Of a DNA stretch of 64,000 nucleotides, positions 9,696-18,669 are shown piece by piece. Each line of letters starts with the position of its first letter. Position 1 is the first letter of the stretch. The position numbers and the translations under genes are program-made. The notes beneath the pieces were generated by a model, which was given only the letters and a program-made list of their open reading frames with translations, had not been told where the DNA came from and made no database searches. This DNA is from Candidatus Eiseniibacteriota bacterium (lineage in GTDB: Bacteria; Eisenbacteria; RBG-16-71-46; JABDJR01): positions 288,001 through 352,000 of the forward strand of contig CAVXKA010000002.1 in the NCBI GenBank assembly GCA_963762255.1, read 5' to 3'.

Positions 9696-10793
9696 TCATC
9701 GGACTTCACCCGCCAGGGGCGGCGGCCCGCCGAGAAGCTCCGACAAGAGAGCGTCCCACCCCCCCTCCACTTCGAGCGCGATCTCGAGAACCCACCAGTC
9801 TGAGCCTGACGTCAGCAGCGGGGCGAGCCGTACCGCGTCCTTCGCGGTGGTGACGAGGACGTGCCCCGCGTCGCGCGCCGCGCACTCGATCGAGCGCGCC
9901 TCGGCCGGGGTGAACCGATGGTGATCCCGGAACACCGACCACTCCGCGACCCGCGCTCCCTCCCGTTCCAGAGACTCTCGAAACCGCTCCGGCCGGGCGA
10001 TGGCCGCCACCGCGTGCACGTCGAGTCCTCGCAGGGCCGGCGCGCGCGCACAGGGGTCCCCCAGTGGAGAGAGCCCGCGCGTCTCGATCCACGCGCGCCC
10101 GCGCGCCGCCTCGGGGGCGAGCCGGTCGAGAAGTCGCGCGACACCGGCGTCGGGCGGCTCGTCGGGTGCGGCGCCGGTCAGAAGGATGTGGTGCGCGCGC
10201 CGTAGCGCGGCGGGTGGCTCGCGGAGCGGGCCCGCAGGGAGGAGCCGGCCGTTGGCGAAGGGGCGGCGCGCATCCAGAAGCACGAGATCGCCGTCGCGTG
10301 CGAGCGCACGATGCTGAAAGCCGTCATCCAGAAGGAAGAGGTCGACGCGCTCGCCGGCGGCAAGTAGGGCGCGGGCGTTCTCGGCGCGCCGCTTCCCCAC
10401 CACCACCGGCACCGAGGGAAGCGCCCGACTGAGCAGGATCGGTTCGTCCCCCGCGTCATGGACGTCCGCACTGCCCGAGGCCGCGCCACCCGCGCCGCCG
10501 CTCGCCCACGCGCCGTTTCGCAACACGCCGGCCCGCCCCGAACCCCCGTAGCCTCGAGTGAGGATCGCCGGCCGCAACTCCGCTCGCAACGCGGCCTGCG
10601 CAAGCGCGGCGACCGCGGGCGTCTTGCCGGTCCCCCCGACTTCCAGGTTGCCCACGCTCAAGACCTGAACCGGTAGCCGTTCCGCCCGGCGCCATCCGCG
10701 GTCGTACGCCGCGCGGTGGAGCGCCGAGACCGCGCGATAGACGAGCGACGCGGGACGGCCGATGAGGGGACTGAGCGCGTCAAGATCGGGCAT
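9696..10793 (-). CDS. lpxK: Tetraacyldisaccharide 4'-kinase
   Basis: SVGNLEVGGTGKTP, ILTRGYG, GDEP, LDDGFQH, LLPAGPLREP; start MPDLDAL. Confidence 0.95.
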   Translation of the reverse strand: MPDLDALSPLIGRPASLVYRAVSALHRAAYDRGWRRAERLPVQVLSVGNLEVGGTGKTPAVAALAQAALRAELRPAILTRGYGGSGRAGVLRNGAWASGGAGGAASGSADVHDAGDEPILLSRALPSVPVVVGKRRAENARALLAAGERVDLFLLDDGFQHRALARDGDLVLLDARRPFANGRLLPAGPLREPPAALRRAHHILLTGAAPDEPPDAGVARLLDRLAPEAARGRAWIETRGLSPLGDPCARAPALRGLDVHAVAAIARPERFRESLEREGARVAEWSVFRDHHRFTPAEARSIECAARDAGHVLVTTAKDAVRLAPLLTSGSDWWVLEIALEVEGGWDALLSELLGGPPPLAGEVR

Positions 10794-12042
10794 CGGCTCC
10801 CCACCGCGCAAGGACTCCGCGCGCGGCCAGCCAGGCCACCGCGCGCGCGGAGCCTCCTCGCAAGGCCTCCGCCGCCGCGAGGCATGCGGCCGCATCGGCG
10901 CGGCGTCGCGCGTCGTCGGCCAACCAGGCGCCGAGCGCCTCGACCAGTTCGTCCGCGTTACGCACCATGCGCGCGCCGCCGCCATCGAGGAGCGCCCGCG
11001 CTTCATCCGCAACGTTGGCGAGGTGCGGTCCGAAGAGAACGGGCACGCCTGCCAGCGCGGCCTCGAGGACGTTATGCCCCCCCACCGGAACCAGCGTGCC
11101 GCCGACGAACGCGACGTCCGATGCGGCGTAGAGCGCGCCGAGTTCGCCATGGGTGTCCACCACGAGCACGTCCGCGCCCGCGTCTTCGGACACGGGCCGG
11201 CTCCGCCGCGCGACGCGCCATCCCCGCCTGGCGAGGTCCGCGTCGAGGGCGCCCCAGTCCTCTGGATGCCGCAGTGCGAGCGCCAACCGAAGCCGCGGCT
11301 CACGCCCCCGCGCGCGGGCGAACGCGTCGAGGATGACGGTCTCCTCCCCGGGACGAAGGCTCCCCACCGTCCAGAGAGGCGCATCGCTCCAGGGCAACTT
11401 CGCGGGGTGCGCCACCGCCAGGCGATCGTGCTTGGCGTTGCCGGTCACACGCACGGCGTCGGCCGGCGTTCCCAGCGCGACGAACCGCTCGGCGTCGATC
11501 TCCGTGCGCGCGGCCACCGCGCCGAGCTGCGCCAGCAACGGCGCGAAGAAGGAGCGCCATCGCCTATAACGCGGCCACGCGCGATCGGAGAGCCGGCCGT
11601 TGACGACGGCGAGGGCGGCGCCGCGCGCCCGCGCGGCGAGAATCCAGTTGGGCCAGAGTTCGGTCTCCACGAGAACGAGAGCGCGCGGACGGCGCGCGTC
11701 GAAGGCGCGGGCCGTCGCGCGAGGCAGGTCGAGCGGAGCGAGCGCGGCGCGCTCCCCCCAGAGCCGGCGCGCGGCGCCGCGCCCCGCCTCGGTGTTCACG
11801 GTCACCGCGAAGCGGCCCGCCAGCCCCTCGGTGCGCGCCCGTTCCAGCAGCGGTTCCAGCGCGACGATCTCGCCCAGGGAGGCCGCGTGCCACCATGTAT
11901 CCGCGGGAGCGAGGCCCGCGCGGCCCAACCGCTCGGCGCGCAACGGGTCTGACTCCCGCCGCGCGGCCCACCGAAGGAGCGCGGGAGCCAGGGGCTCCGC
12001 CGCCGCGGTGAGCGCGCGGTAGAGGACGCTTCCCGCGCTCAT
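10780..12042 (-). CDS. waaA: Kdo transferase
   Basis: WWHAASLGE, ETELWPN, NGRLS, TGNAKHD, FVGGTLVPVGGHNVLE. Confidence 0.95.
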   Translation of the reverse strand: MSAGSVLYRALTAAAEPLAPALLRWAARRESDPLRAERLGRAGLAPADTWWHAASLGEIVALEPLLERARTEGLAGRFAVTVNTEAGRGAARRLWGERAALAPLDLPRATARAFDARRPRALVLVETELWPNWILAARARGAALAVVNGRLSDRAWPRYRRWRSFFAPLLAQLGAVAARTEIDAERFVALGTPADAVRVTGNAKHDRLAVAHPAKLPWSDAPLWTVGSLRPGEETVILDAFARARGREPRLRLALALRHPEDWGALDADLARRGWRVARRSRPVSEDAGADVLVVDTHGELGALYAASDVAFVGGTLVPVGGHNVLEAALAGVPVLFGPHLANVADEARALLDGGGARMVRNADELVEALGAWLADDARRRADAAACLAAAEALRGGSARAVAWLAARGVLARWGADARS

Positions 12043-12707
12043 CGCGCCACCTCGCGGTCGGCCTCGGCCTCGGCCGCATCGAGGGCCGCTTCGAGACGCA
12101 CGCGCCACGGTTCGAGATCCTCCGCCGCAGGCACCGCGATCGGCTCGCCGTAGACGACGACCGCGCGCGCGCCGGGACGGGGAATCTGAAACGCGTCCCA
12201 GGACTTCATCGTCCATGCCGGGTGCGCGGCGATGCCCATCGGCACGATCGGCTTCCCGCTGCGCGCTGCGAGAACGACCGCGCCCATCTGAGCGTGATGG
12301 CGCGGGCCGCGCGGGCCGTCTGGTGTGATCGCCGCGGATCGCCCGTCGGCCAGCCCCCTCGCCAGCTCCGCGAGACCCTCTCGCCCGCCCCGGCTCGAAC
12401 TGCCCCTAACGGCGTGGAGTCCCAGGCGTGCTGCCGCCCGGGCCATCATGTCTCCGTCTTCGGAGAGGCTGATGAGCACCGAGGTTCCCCGGCGGCCGGC
12501 GCGCCCGGCGACGAGCCATCCCCGCCCGTGCCAGAAGGCGTAAACTACTGACCCGTGGTCGGCTAGAGCCTGAGTCTCGCGTTCGACATGAAGTCGTTTC
12601 AGGCGCACCATCCGCGAGCTGCCCCCCAGGATGGCCGCCCCCAGCACCGCGCCGGCGGCGCGCAGGAAGGGGCGCAGACGCCGAGGCGGCCAGCCGCGGC
12701 GCGTCAT
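12039..12707 (-). CDS. DUF374 / lysophospholipid acyltransferase family protein
   Basis: YAFWHG, ISLSEDG, VRGSSSRGG, ITPDGPRGP, SWDAFQIPRP; typical position between lpxB and waaA. Confidence 0.85.
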   Translation of the reverse strand: MTRRGWPPRRLRPFLRAAGAVLGAAILGGSSRMVRLKRLHVERETQALADHGSVVYAFWHGRGWLVAGRAGRRGTSVLISLSEDGDMMARAAARLGLHAVRGSSSRGGREGLAELARGLADGRSAAITPDGPRGPRHHAQMGAVVLAARSGKPIVPMGIAAHPAWTMKSWDAFQIPRPGARAVVVYGEPIAVPAAEDLEPWRVRLEAALDAAEAEADREVAR

Positions 12708-13840
12708 CGGCTCGGCCTCGAAGCGAGCAGATCCGCGACCGCCGCCGCCGCGCGCTCGGCGGCGCCTCCGCCACCGAGACGCTCGCGTAGCGTGGCGAGA
12801 TAGGCCGCCTGCTCCACGCGCTCCGTGGTATCGAAGAGAATGCGATGAGCGGTCTCGCGCACGCGCGTGGCGTTGAGATCGCGCTGAAGAAGCTCGGGCA
12901 CGCGCTCCCCGCCCGCCGCGATGTTGACCAGCCCCACGGTGCGGATCTTGACCAGCGCGCGCGCCACGATCCAGTTGAACGCGGAGGTGCGGTAAACGAC
13001 GGCCAACGGCGTGCCGAGAAGCCCCGTCTCCAACGTCGCCGTTCCGCTCGCTACCAGCGCCGCGTCGGCCGCGCGCGCGAGCCCGGCCGCGGCGTCGCTC
13101 CAGATCGGGAAGCCCGCCTCTTGCGCCGCGGCGAACGGGGCATCGGGCAGCCCGGCGGCGCGGCTCACCGCCACGATCACTCCCTCGTCGCGCAGCGCCT
13201 GCGTACCGGCGATGAGCGGCGGCAGGATCGCGCTCACCTCTTGAGCGCGGCTTCCGGGCAAGAGCGCGAGCAGCGGCGCCGCGGGGGGCGCACCGAGGCG
13301 CCGCCGCACCTCGTCGACGGTCGGCAGCGTCTCGGGGGCATCCAGAAGCGGGTGTCCCACGAAGACGGCGTCGATCCCCGCCTCGCGGAAGAGCGGCTCC
13401 TCGAAGGGGAACACCACCAGCAGCCGATCCACGGCGCGCGCGATGCCGGGGCGACGCTCGCGGCGCCACGCCCACACCTGCGGGGCGATGTAGTAAGCCA
13501 CCCTGTGGCCGCGCTCGCGCGCTCGGCGGGCCAGGCGCAAGTTGAAGCCGGGGTAGTCGACCGGGATGACGACGTCGGGGCGCCAGGCTTCGATCTCCTC
13601 GGCCGCGCGATTCAGGAGCGCGCGAAAATAGGGAAGGCGTCGGATCACTTCGCCGAAGCCGAGCACGGAGAGATCTTCGACGCGGGCGAGGAGATGGGCC
13701 CCCTCGGCGGCGAGCGCGTCACCGCCCAGACCACGCACCTCGACGTCGCCCAACCGGCGCCGGAGCGCTCGCACCAGGGCGGCGGCATGCCGGTCTCCCG
13801 ACGCCTCTCCCGCCGATACGAAGAGGCGGATCGCCATCAA
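12704..13840 (-). CDS. lpxB: Lipid-A-disaccharide synthase
   Basis: AGEASGD, VDYPGFN, YYIAPQVWAW, LLPGSR, ASGTATLE. Confidence 0.96.
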   Translation of the reverse strand: MMAIRLFVSAGEASGDRHAAALVRALRRRLGDVEVRGLGGDALAAEGAHLLARVEDLSVLGFGEVIRRLPYFRALLNRAAEEIEAWRPDVVIPVDYPGFNLRLARRARERGHRVAYYIAPQVWAWRRERRPGIARAVDRLLVVFPFEEPLFREAGIDAVFVGHPLLDAPETLPTVDEVRRRLGAPPAAPLLALLPGSRAQEVSAILPPLIAGTQALRDEGVIVAVSRAAGLPDAPFAAAQEAGFPIWSDAAAGLARAADAALVASGTATLETGLLGTPLAVVYRTSAFNWIVARALVKIRTVGLVNIAAGGERVPELLQRDLNATRVRETAHRILFDTTERVEQAAYLATLRERLGGGGAAERAAAAVADLLASRPSR

Positions 13841-14835
13841 CCTTCTCCGCGCTGCCTCGCGATCGCCTCTTCCACCGCCACCATCACGCGCAGCGTGCGC
13901 AGGGCCTCGGCGCCGGTCACCCCCTCGCTCGGCTCGCCCCGCACCGCGCGAGCGAAGGCCTCGTGCTCGGCGGTGAGGGGATCCTCGCCTTCGGGTCCCA
14001 CGCGGTGATGGTCGAGCGCGCGCAGCATGTCGAGCGGGCTTCCCGAGCGAAGCGCTTCTTCGAGAAGCGCGCCGCGTTCCTCCTTCAGGCGATAGACCTC
14101 TCCGACGCGCGCGGCGCAGTCCGCGGAGATGTAGTGGCCGGGGAGAAACATGCGGAACTTGCGGACCCGCTCCAGCGACACGCGACTCACGGTGATGTTG
14201 GCCACCGCCCCGCCCGGGAATCGAAGCCGCGCGTTGGCGATATCGGTGCGATCGGTCACCACCGCCACCCCGGCGGCGTCGACCGCGATCGGCTCTTCGC
14301 CCACGAAGGCGAGGGCGAGATCGATGTCGTGGACCATGAGGTCCTGCACCACGTTCAGGTCGAGATTGCGCGGAACGAGCGGTGCGAGCCGGTGCGCCTC
14401 CACGAAGAGCGGCGGCGGCACCCGATGCAGGAGCCCGCGCAGCGCGGGGTTGAACCGCTCGACATGTCCCACCTGGAGGACCAGGCCCGCGCGCGCGGCG
14501 AAGTCCACCAGCGCCTGGGCGTCCTCGACGCGGCCGGTGATGGGTTTCTCCACCAGCACCGGTTTGCCTGCGGCAAGCGCGGCCAGCACGACCTCTCGAT
14601 GGGAGCCCGTGCTGGTGGCCACCACCGCCACGTCACATCGGGAAAGCGCTTCGTCCACCGTAGCGGCGACGGGCACCGACCAGCGTGCCGCCACCTCGGC
14701 CGCGCGCTCGGGAATGCGATCGTAGACGGCGGTGAGCCGAAACCCGACGGCGGCGGCGAGCTTCTCCGCGTGGCGCGCTCCCAGATAACCTGCCCCGAAC
14801 ACCGCTGCGTCGAGACGGGAGCCTTGCGCGGTCAC
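13837..14835 (-). CDS. Gfo/Idh/MocA oxidoreductase, probable UDP-GlcNAc 3-dehydrogenase (GnnA-like)
   Basis: GAGYLG, VLVEKP, QVGHVERFNP, DLMVHDID, DIANARLRF; lies between lpxA and lpxB and is translationally coupled to both. Confidence 0.8.
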   Translation of the reverse strand: MTAQGSRLDAAVFGAGYLGARHAEKLAAAVGFRLTAVYDRIPERAAEVAARWSVPVAATVDEALSRCDVAVVATSTGSHREVVLAALAAGKPVLVEKPITGRVEDAQALVDFAARAGLVLQVGHVERFNPALRGLLHRVPPPLFVEAHRLAPLVPRNLDLNVVQDLMVHDIDLALAFVGEEPIAVDAAGVAVVTDRTDIANARLRFPGGAVANITVSRVSLERVRKFRMFLPGHYISADCAARVGEVYRLKEERGALLEEALRSGSPLDMLRALDHHRVGPEGEDPLTAEHEAFARAVRGEPSEGVTGAEALRTLRVMVAVEEAIARQRGEG

Positions 14836-15602
14836 CGGGTGACGCCGCGCTTCGAGGTCTGCATGAACTCCACGAGGGCGCTCACTTCGGCGCAGCGCGG
14901 CACCTCGTTCTCCACCCGCGCGATCGCCTCCGGCACGGTGAGCTTGCTGCGGAAGATGATGCGGTAGGCCTGACGAAGCGCGGCGATCGCCTCCGGCGTG
15001 AAGCCGCGCCGTGAAAGCCCGACCACGTTGATGCCGAACGCCTCGGGGGGATTGCCCGCCACCCGGGTGAAGGGAGCCACATCCTGGGGAATGCGCGAAC
15101 CTCCGCCGATCATCGAATGCGCGCCGATGCGCACGAACTGGTGCACCGGGGTCACGCCGCCCACGATCGCGTAGTCCCCGACCGAAACGTGGCCGGCCAG
15201 GTTCGCGGCGTTGGCGAGGATGACATGATGACCGAGCGTGCAGTTGTGGGCCACGTGCGCCGTGGCCATGATGAGGCAATCGCTCCCCACCAGCGTGGAG
15301 CCCTCGTGCGTGGCCCTGTGCAGGCTCGCGAACTCGCGCACCACGGTGCGGTCCCCCACCTTGAGCGAGGTCGGTTCGCCGTGGTACTTGAGATCCTGCG
15401 GCTCCATCCCCACCGCGGCATGCGGGAAGATGCGGCAGTCGCGCCCGATCTCCGTGTGACCGTCCAGGATCGCGTGAGCACCCACGGTGGTGCCCGCGCC
15501 GATGCGCAGGTGGGGGCCCACGATGGCGTAGGGACCGATCGTGACGTCCTCGTCCAGCTCGGCTCCCCGATCCACCACCGCCGTTGTCGCGATCTCAGCC
15601 AT
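14832..15602 (-). CDS. lpxA: UDP-N-acetylglucosamine acyltransferase
   Basis: Hexapeptide repeats, PQDLKY, HVAHNC, LAGHV, VHQFVRIG. Confidence 0.96.
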   Translation of the reverse strand: MAEIATTAVVDRGAELDEDVTIGPYAIVGPHLRIGAGTTVGAHAILDGHTEIGRDCRIFPHAAVGMEPQDLKYHGEPTSLKVGDRTVVREFASLHRATHEGSTLVGSDCLIMATAHVAHNCTLGHHVILANAANLAGHVSVGDYAIVGGVTPVHQFVRIGAHSMIGGGSRIPQDVAPFTRVAGNPPEAFGINVVGLSRRGFTPEAIAALRQAYRIIFRSKLTVPEAIARVENEVPRCAEVSALVEFMQTSKRGVTR

Positions 15603-15611
15603 GCGGTCTCC

Positions 15612-16940
15612 TCAACGGTCGACGACGGTGGAGAGGAGTTCGGCCTCCGCCACCAGGCTACCGTCCACGAAAGCTTTTCCCATCATCTTGCAGATGCGTC
15701 CCTTGAGCTTCACCAGGTCCAGCTCGAAACGAAGCTGGTCGCCGGGCTTCACCGGGCGCCTGAACTTGGCCCGGTCGATACCCATGAAGTACACGAGCTT
15801 CTCTTTGGGCCGCTCGACCTTGTTCAGGAGAAGGACGCCGCCGGTCTGCGCCATGGCCTCGATGATGAGCACCGCCGGCATGATCGGGTGACCCGGGAAA
15901 TGTCCCGTGAAGAAGGGCTCGTTCACGGTGACGTTCTTGATTCCCACCACCCGGTCGTCGGTCAGTTCGAGGATGCGGTCCACGAGAAGGAACGGGTAGC
16001 GGTGCGGCATGATCTGCGCGATCGCCTCGATGTCCCAGTAGTGGTTCTTGCCGTCGGGGCGCGGCGGCAGGTCGAAGCCCGTCGCGCGGCGCTCCGCCTC
16101 GGCGAGCGCCTTCACGAACTCCACGTGACTCTCGTGCCCCGAGCGCCAGGCCAGGATGTGACCGCGCACCGGTCGGCCCAGTAGCGCGAGGTCCCCCAGC
16201 AAGTCGAGCACCTTGTGGCGCGCGAACTCGTCGGGGAAGCGGAGCCCCTCGGCGTTGGCCACGCCGCCCTCTTCCACGACCACCGCGTTGCCCAGGGAAC
16301 CGCCCTGGATCAAACCCGCCTTGCGCAGGGCCTCCACTTCGCGGCGCAGCACGAAGGTGCGTGCGGGAGCGATCTCGCGGGCGAAGACTTCGGGCACCAC
16401 GTCGAAGGCGACGTGCCGGGTGCCGATCACCGGGTTCTCGTACTCGATCGTGAACGAGACACGAAGGCTGGGGTGAGGCAGAGCGATGAGCTCGGCCCTG
16501 CCTCGGGTCAGCCGCACCTCATGCGGGATCTCGAAGTACGTCCGCGGCGCGTCCTGCTCCTGGATGCCGGTGCTGCGGAAGAGTTCCACGTAGGGACCGG
16601 CGCTTCCGTCCCCCGGCTCGCCGGGCTCGCGGGCGTCGATCTCGATGCGAAGGTTGTCGATTCCCATGCAGCGCACCGCGGCCAGCAGATGCTCCACGGT
16701 GTGGACCTCGGCGTTGCCGGAACGCAGGATCGTCCGCCGGCCCTGGTCCGCGTCGTAGGTCGCGTTCTCCGCCGCGACCTTGACCTCGGGTCGGCCCGGC
16801 ATGTCCGTCCGCACGAACACGACGCCGGTGTTCGGCGGCGCGGGCAGAAATACCACCCGGCACCGCTCCCCGGTGTGCAGGCCGAAGCCCTCGTAGCGGG
16901 CCTCGCCCGCCAGAGTGGTCTGCCGATCGGTCGCCGTCAC
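15612..16940 (-). CDS. lpxC: Bifunctional LpxC deacetylase / FabZ dehydratase
   Basis: [30 protein letters not shown], followed in frame by [12 protein letters not shown] and [23 protein letters not shown]. Confidence 0.95.
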   Translation of the reverse strand: MTATDRQTTLAGEARYEGFGLHTGERCRVVFLPAPPNTGVVFVRTDMPGRPEVKVAAENATYDADQGRRTILRSGNAEVHTVEHLLAAVRCMGIDNLRIEIDAREPGEPGDGSAGPYVELFRSTGIQEQDAPRTYFEIPHEVRLTRGRAELIALPHPSLRVSFTIEYENPVIGTRHVAFDVVPEVFAREIAPARTFVLRREVEALRKAGLIQGGSLGNAVVVEEGGVANAEGLRFPDEFARHKVLDLLGDLALLGRPVRGHILAWRSGHESHVEFVKALAEAERRATGFDLPPRPDGKNHYWDIEAIAQIMPHRYPFLLVDRILELTDDRVVGIKNVTVNEPFFTGHFPGHPIMPAVLIIEAMAQTGGVLLLNKVERPKEKLVYFMGIDRAKFRRPVKPGDQLRFELDLVKLKGRICKMMGKAFVDGSLVAEAELLSTVVDR

Positions 16941-18010
16941 AGCGCCCTCCTCTTGGCGTCCGGCGCCTCACCGGTTTCGTTGGTGCTCCCCTCGATCTCG
17001 CGCACGCGCGCACCGAGGCGTTTCAGCTCGTCGAACAGCTCGGGCAGCCGCCGCACGTAGGCGTTGAGCCGCCGGGCACGTGCGTGTTCCATGGCCGGGT
17101 AGCCGGACACCCGCGCGCCGGCGGGCACGTTCTTGGTGACGCCGGCCTGGGCGCCCACCATCACGCCGTCGCCGATCTTGACGTGTCCCGTGGCGCCGCT
17201 CTGCCCGGCCATCGTCACATCGCAACCCACCTGGGTCGAACCGGCGATGCCGACCTGGGCCACCAGAAGCGTGTTCTCGCCGACGGTCACGTTGTGCGCC
17301 ACGTGGACGAGGTTGTCGATCTTCACTCCCCGACCGATGCGTGTGGCGCCCATGGTTCCGCGGTCGATGGCCACGTTGGCGCCGATCTCCACGTCGTCCT
17401 CCACCAGCACCGTGCCCACCTGGGGGATCTTCTCGTACTCGCGACCGCGGCGGGAGTAGCCGAAGCCGTCCGAACCGATCACGGTACCGGAGTGGACGAT
17501 GACCCTCTTGCCGAGACGCACCCCCTCGCGCAGGGTGACGTTGGGGTACACGTAGGCGCCCTCGCCGAGCGCGGCCCCGTGTCCTACGAAGACGCCGGGA
17601 CGCAGCACGACATCGTCGTCGAGCACGGCCCCCTCCTCGATCACGCACAGAGGCCCTACCGACACCCGCGCGCCCAGCTTCACCGAAGGGTGGACGACCG
17701 CGGTGGGATGGACGCCCGGTTCGCAGCGGCGCTCCTCATCGCTGAAAAGGCGCAGCACCTGCATGAACCCCGAATAGGGATCGTCCATGCGCAGGAGCGT
17801 CGCCGAGGTCTCGCCGCGATAGTCGTGGGGAACGATGATCCCCGCCGCGTGCGTCCGGGGCACGTCGGCGGCGTACTTGGGGTTCGCGAAGAACGTGATC
17901 TGCTTCGGGCCGGCCTCGCTCAGGCCGGCCACCCCGTCGACCAGGACCTCGCCGTCGCCCTCGAGCACGGCTCCCAGCCTCCCCGCGATGTCTCCGAGCT
18001 TCAGCTCCAT
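16937..18010 (-). CDS. lpxD: UDP-3-O-acylglucosamine N-acyltransferase
   Basis: [33 protein letters not shown]. Confidence 0.96.
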   Translation of the reverse strand: MELKLGDIAGRLGAVLEGDGEVLVDGVAGLSEAGPKQITFFANPKYAADVPRTHAAGIIVPHDYRGETSATLLRMDDPYSGFMQVLRLFSDEERRCEPGVHPTAVVHPSVKLGARVSVGPLCVIEEGAVLDDDVVLRPGVFVGHGAALGEGAYVYPNVTLREGVRLGKRVIVHSGTVIGSDGFGYSRRGREYEKIPQVGTVLVEDDVEIGANVAIDRGTMGATRIGRGVKIDNLVHVAHNVTVGENTLLVAQVGIAGSTQVGCDVTMAGQSGATGHVKIGDGVMVGAQAGVTKNVPAGARVSGYPAMEHARARRLNAYVRRLPELFDELKRLGARVREIEGSTNETGEAPDAKRRAL

Positions 18011-18069
18011 GGTCCGTCCTTGAAGTCGCTGGCCCGGCGGCGGCGGTCAGGCATCAACCGGCGCCGGGT

Positions 18070-18606
18070 TTATCGCTGCTCGTTGAGCTCTGCAATGACC
18101 CGATCGGTGAGATCGAAGGCATCGTCGGCGTACACGACGTTGCCGTCGGTGGCGTCGAAGATGATCGAGAAGCCCTCGTCGCGGCCGATCCCGTTCAGAA
18201 CCTCGCGGATCTTGTCCACGATGGGCCGCGTGAGCTCCTCGTTCCGGCGGGCCACCCGTCCGCTCGGGCCCCAGATCTCCTGAACGAAGGTATCCATCTC
18301 GCTCCTGCGCTTCTGGATGTCCTCTTCCCGTTCTCGCCGCTTGGGCTCGCTCAGGATCAGGGCCTGGCTGTCGTAGTCTTCCTGGAGCTTCAGCAGCTCC
18401 GCCTTCTTGGTCTCCAACTCCCGATTCCAGAGCTCCACCTGGGAGTTGAACTCGGACTGGGCTTCCTTGGTCCCCTGATACTCGGCGAAGATCCGCTCGG
18501 AATCGATGAAGCCGAGCTTGAGATCGGCCGCCGTTGCGGAAGCGGCGCAGAAGGATAGCAAAACTGCGGCCAGAAGGATAGTTGCGGACAGCACACGTCG
18601 AAGCAC
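18070..18606 (-). CDS. skp: OmpH/Skp periplasmic chaperone
   Basis: Signal peptide, KLGFIDSERI, coiled coil, DLTDRVI C-terminus; between bamA and lpxD. Confidence 0.92.
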   Translation of the reverse strand: MLRRVLSATILLAAVLLSFCAASATAADLKLGFIDSERIFAEYQGTKEAQSEFNSQVELWNRELETKKAELLKLQEDYDSQALILSEPKRREREEDIQKRRSEMDTFVQEIWGPSGRVARRNEELTRPIVDKIREVLNGIGRDEGFSIIFDATDGNVVYADDAFDLTDRVIAELNEQR

Positions 18607-18669
18607 GTCAGGTCCTCCTCTTTCAGGAATGGCGCGAACCGAGGTCCGTCGGCGGCGGACCGGGTTCGC

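Noticed and set aside
15612-16940. LpxC-FabZ fusion as a novelty
   Set aside because: Well known in Bacteroidota, Chlorobi and relatives.
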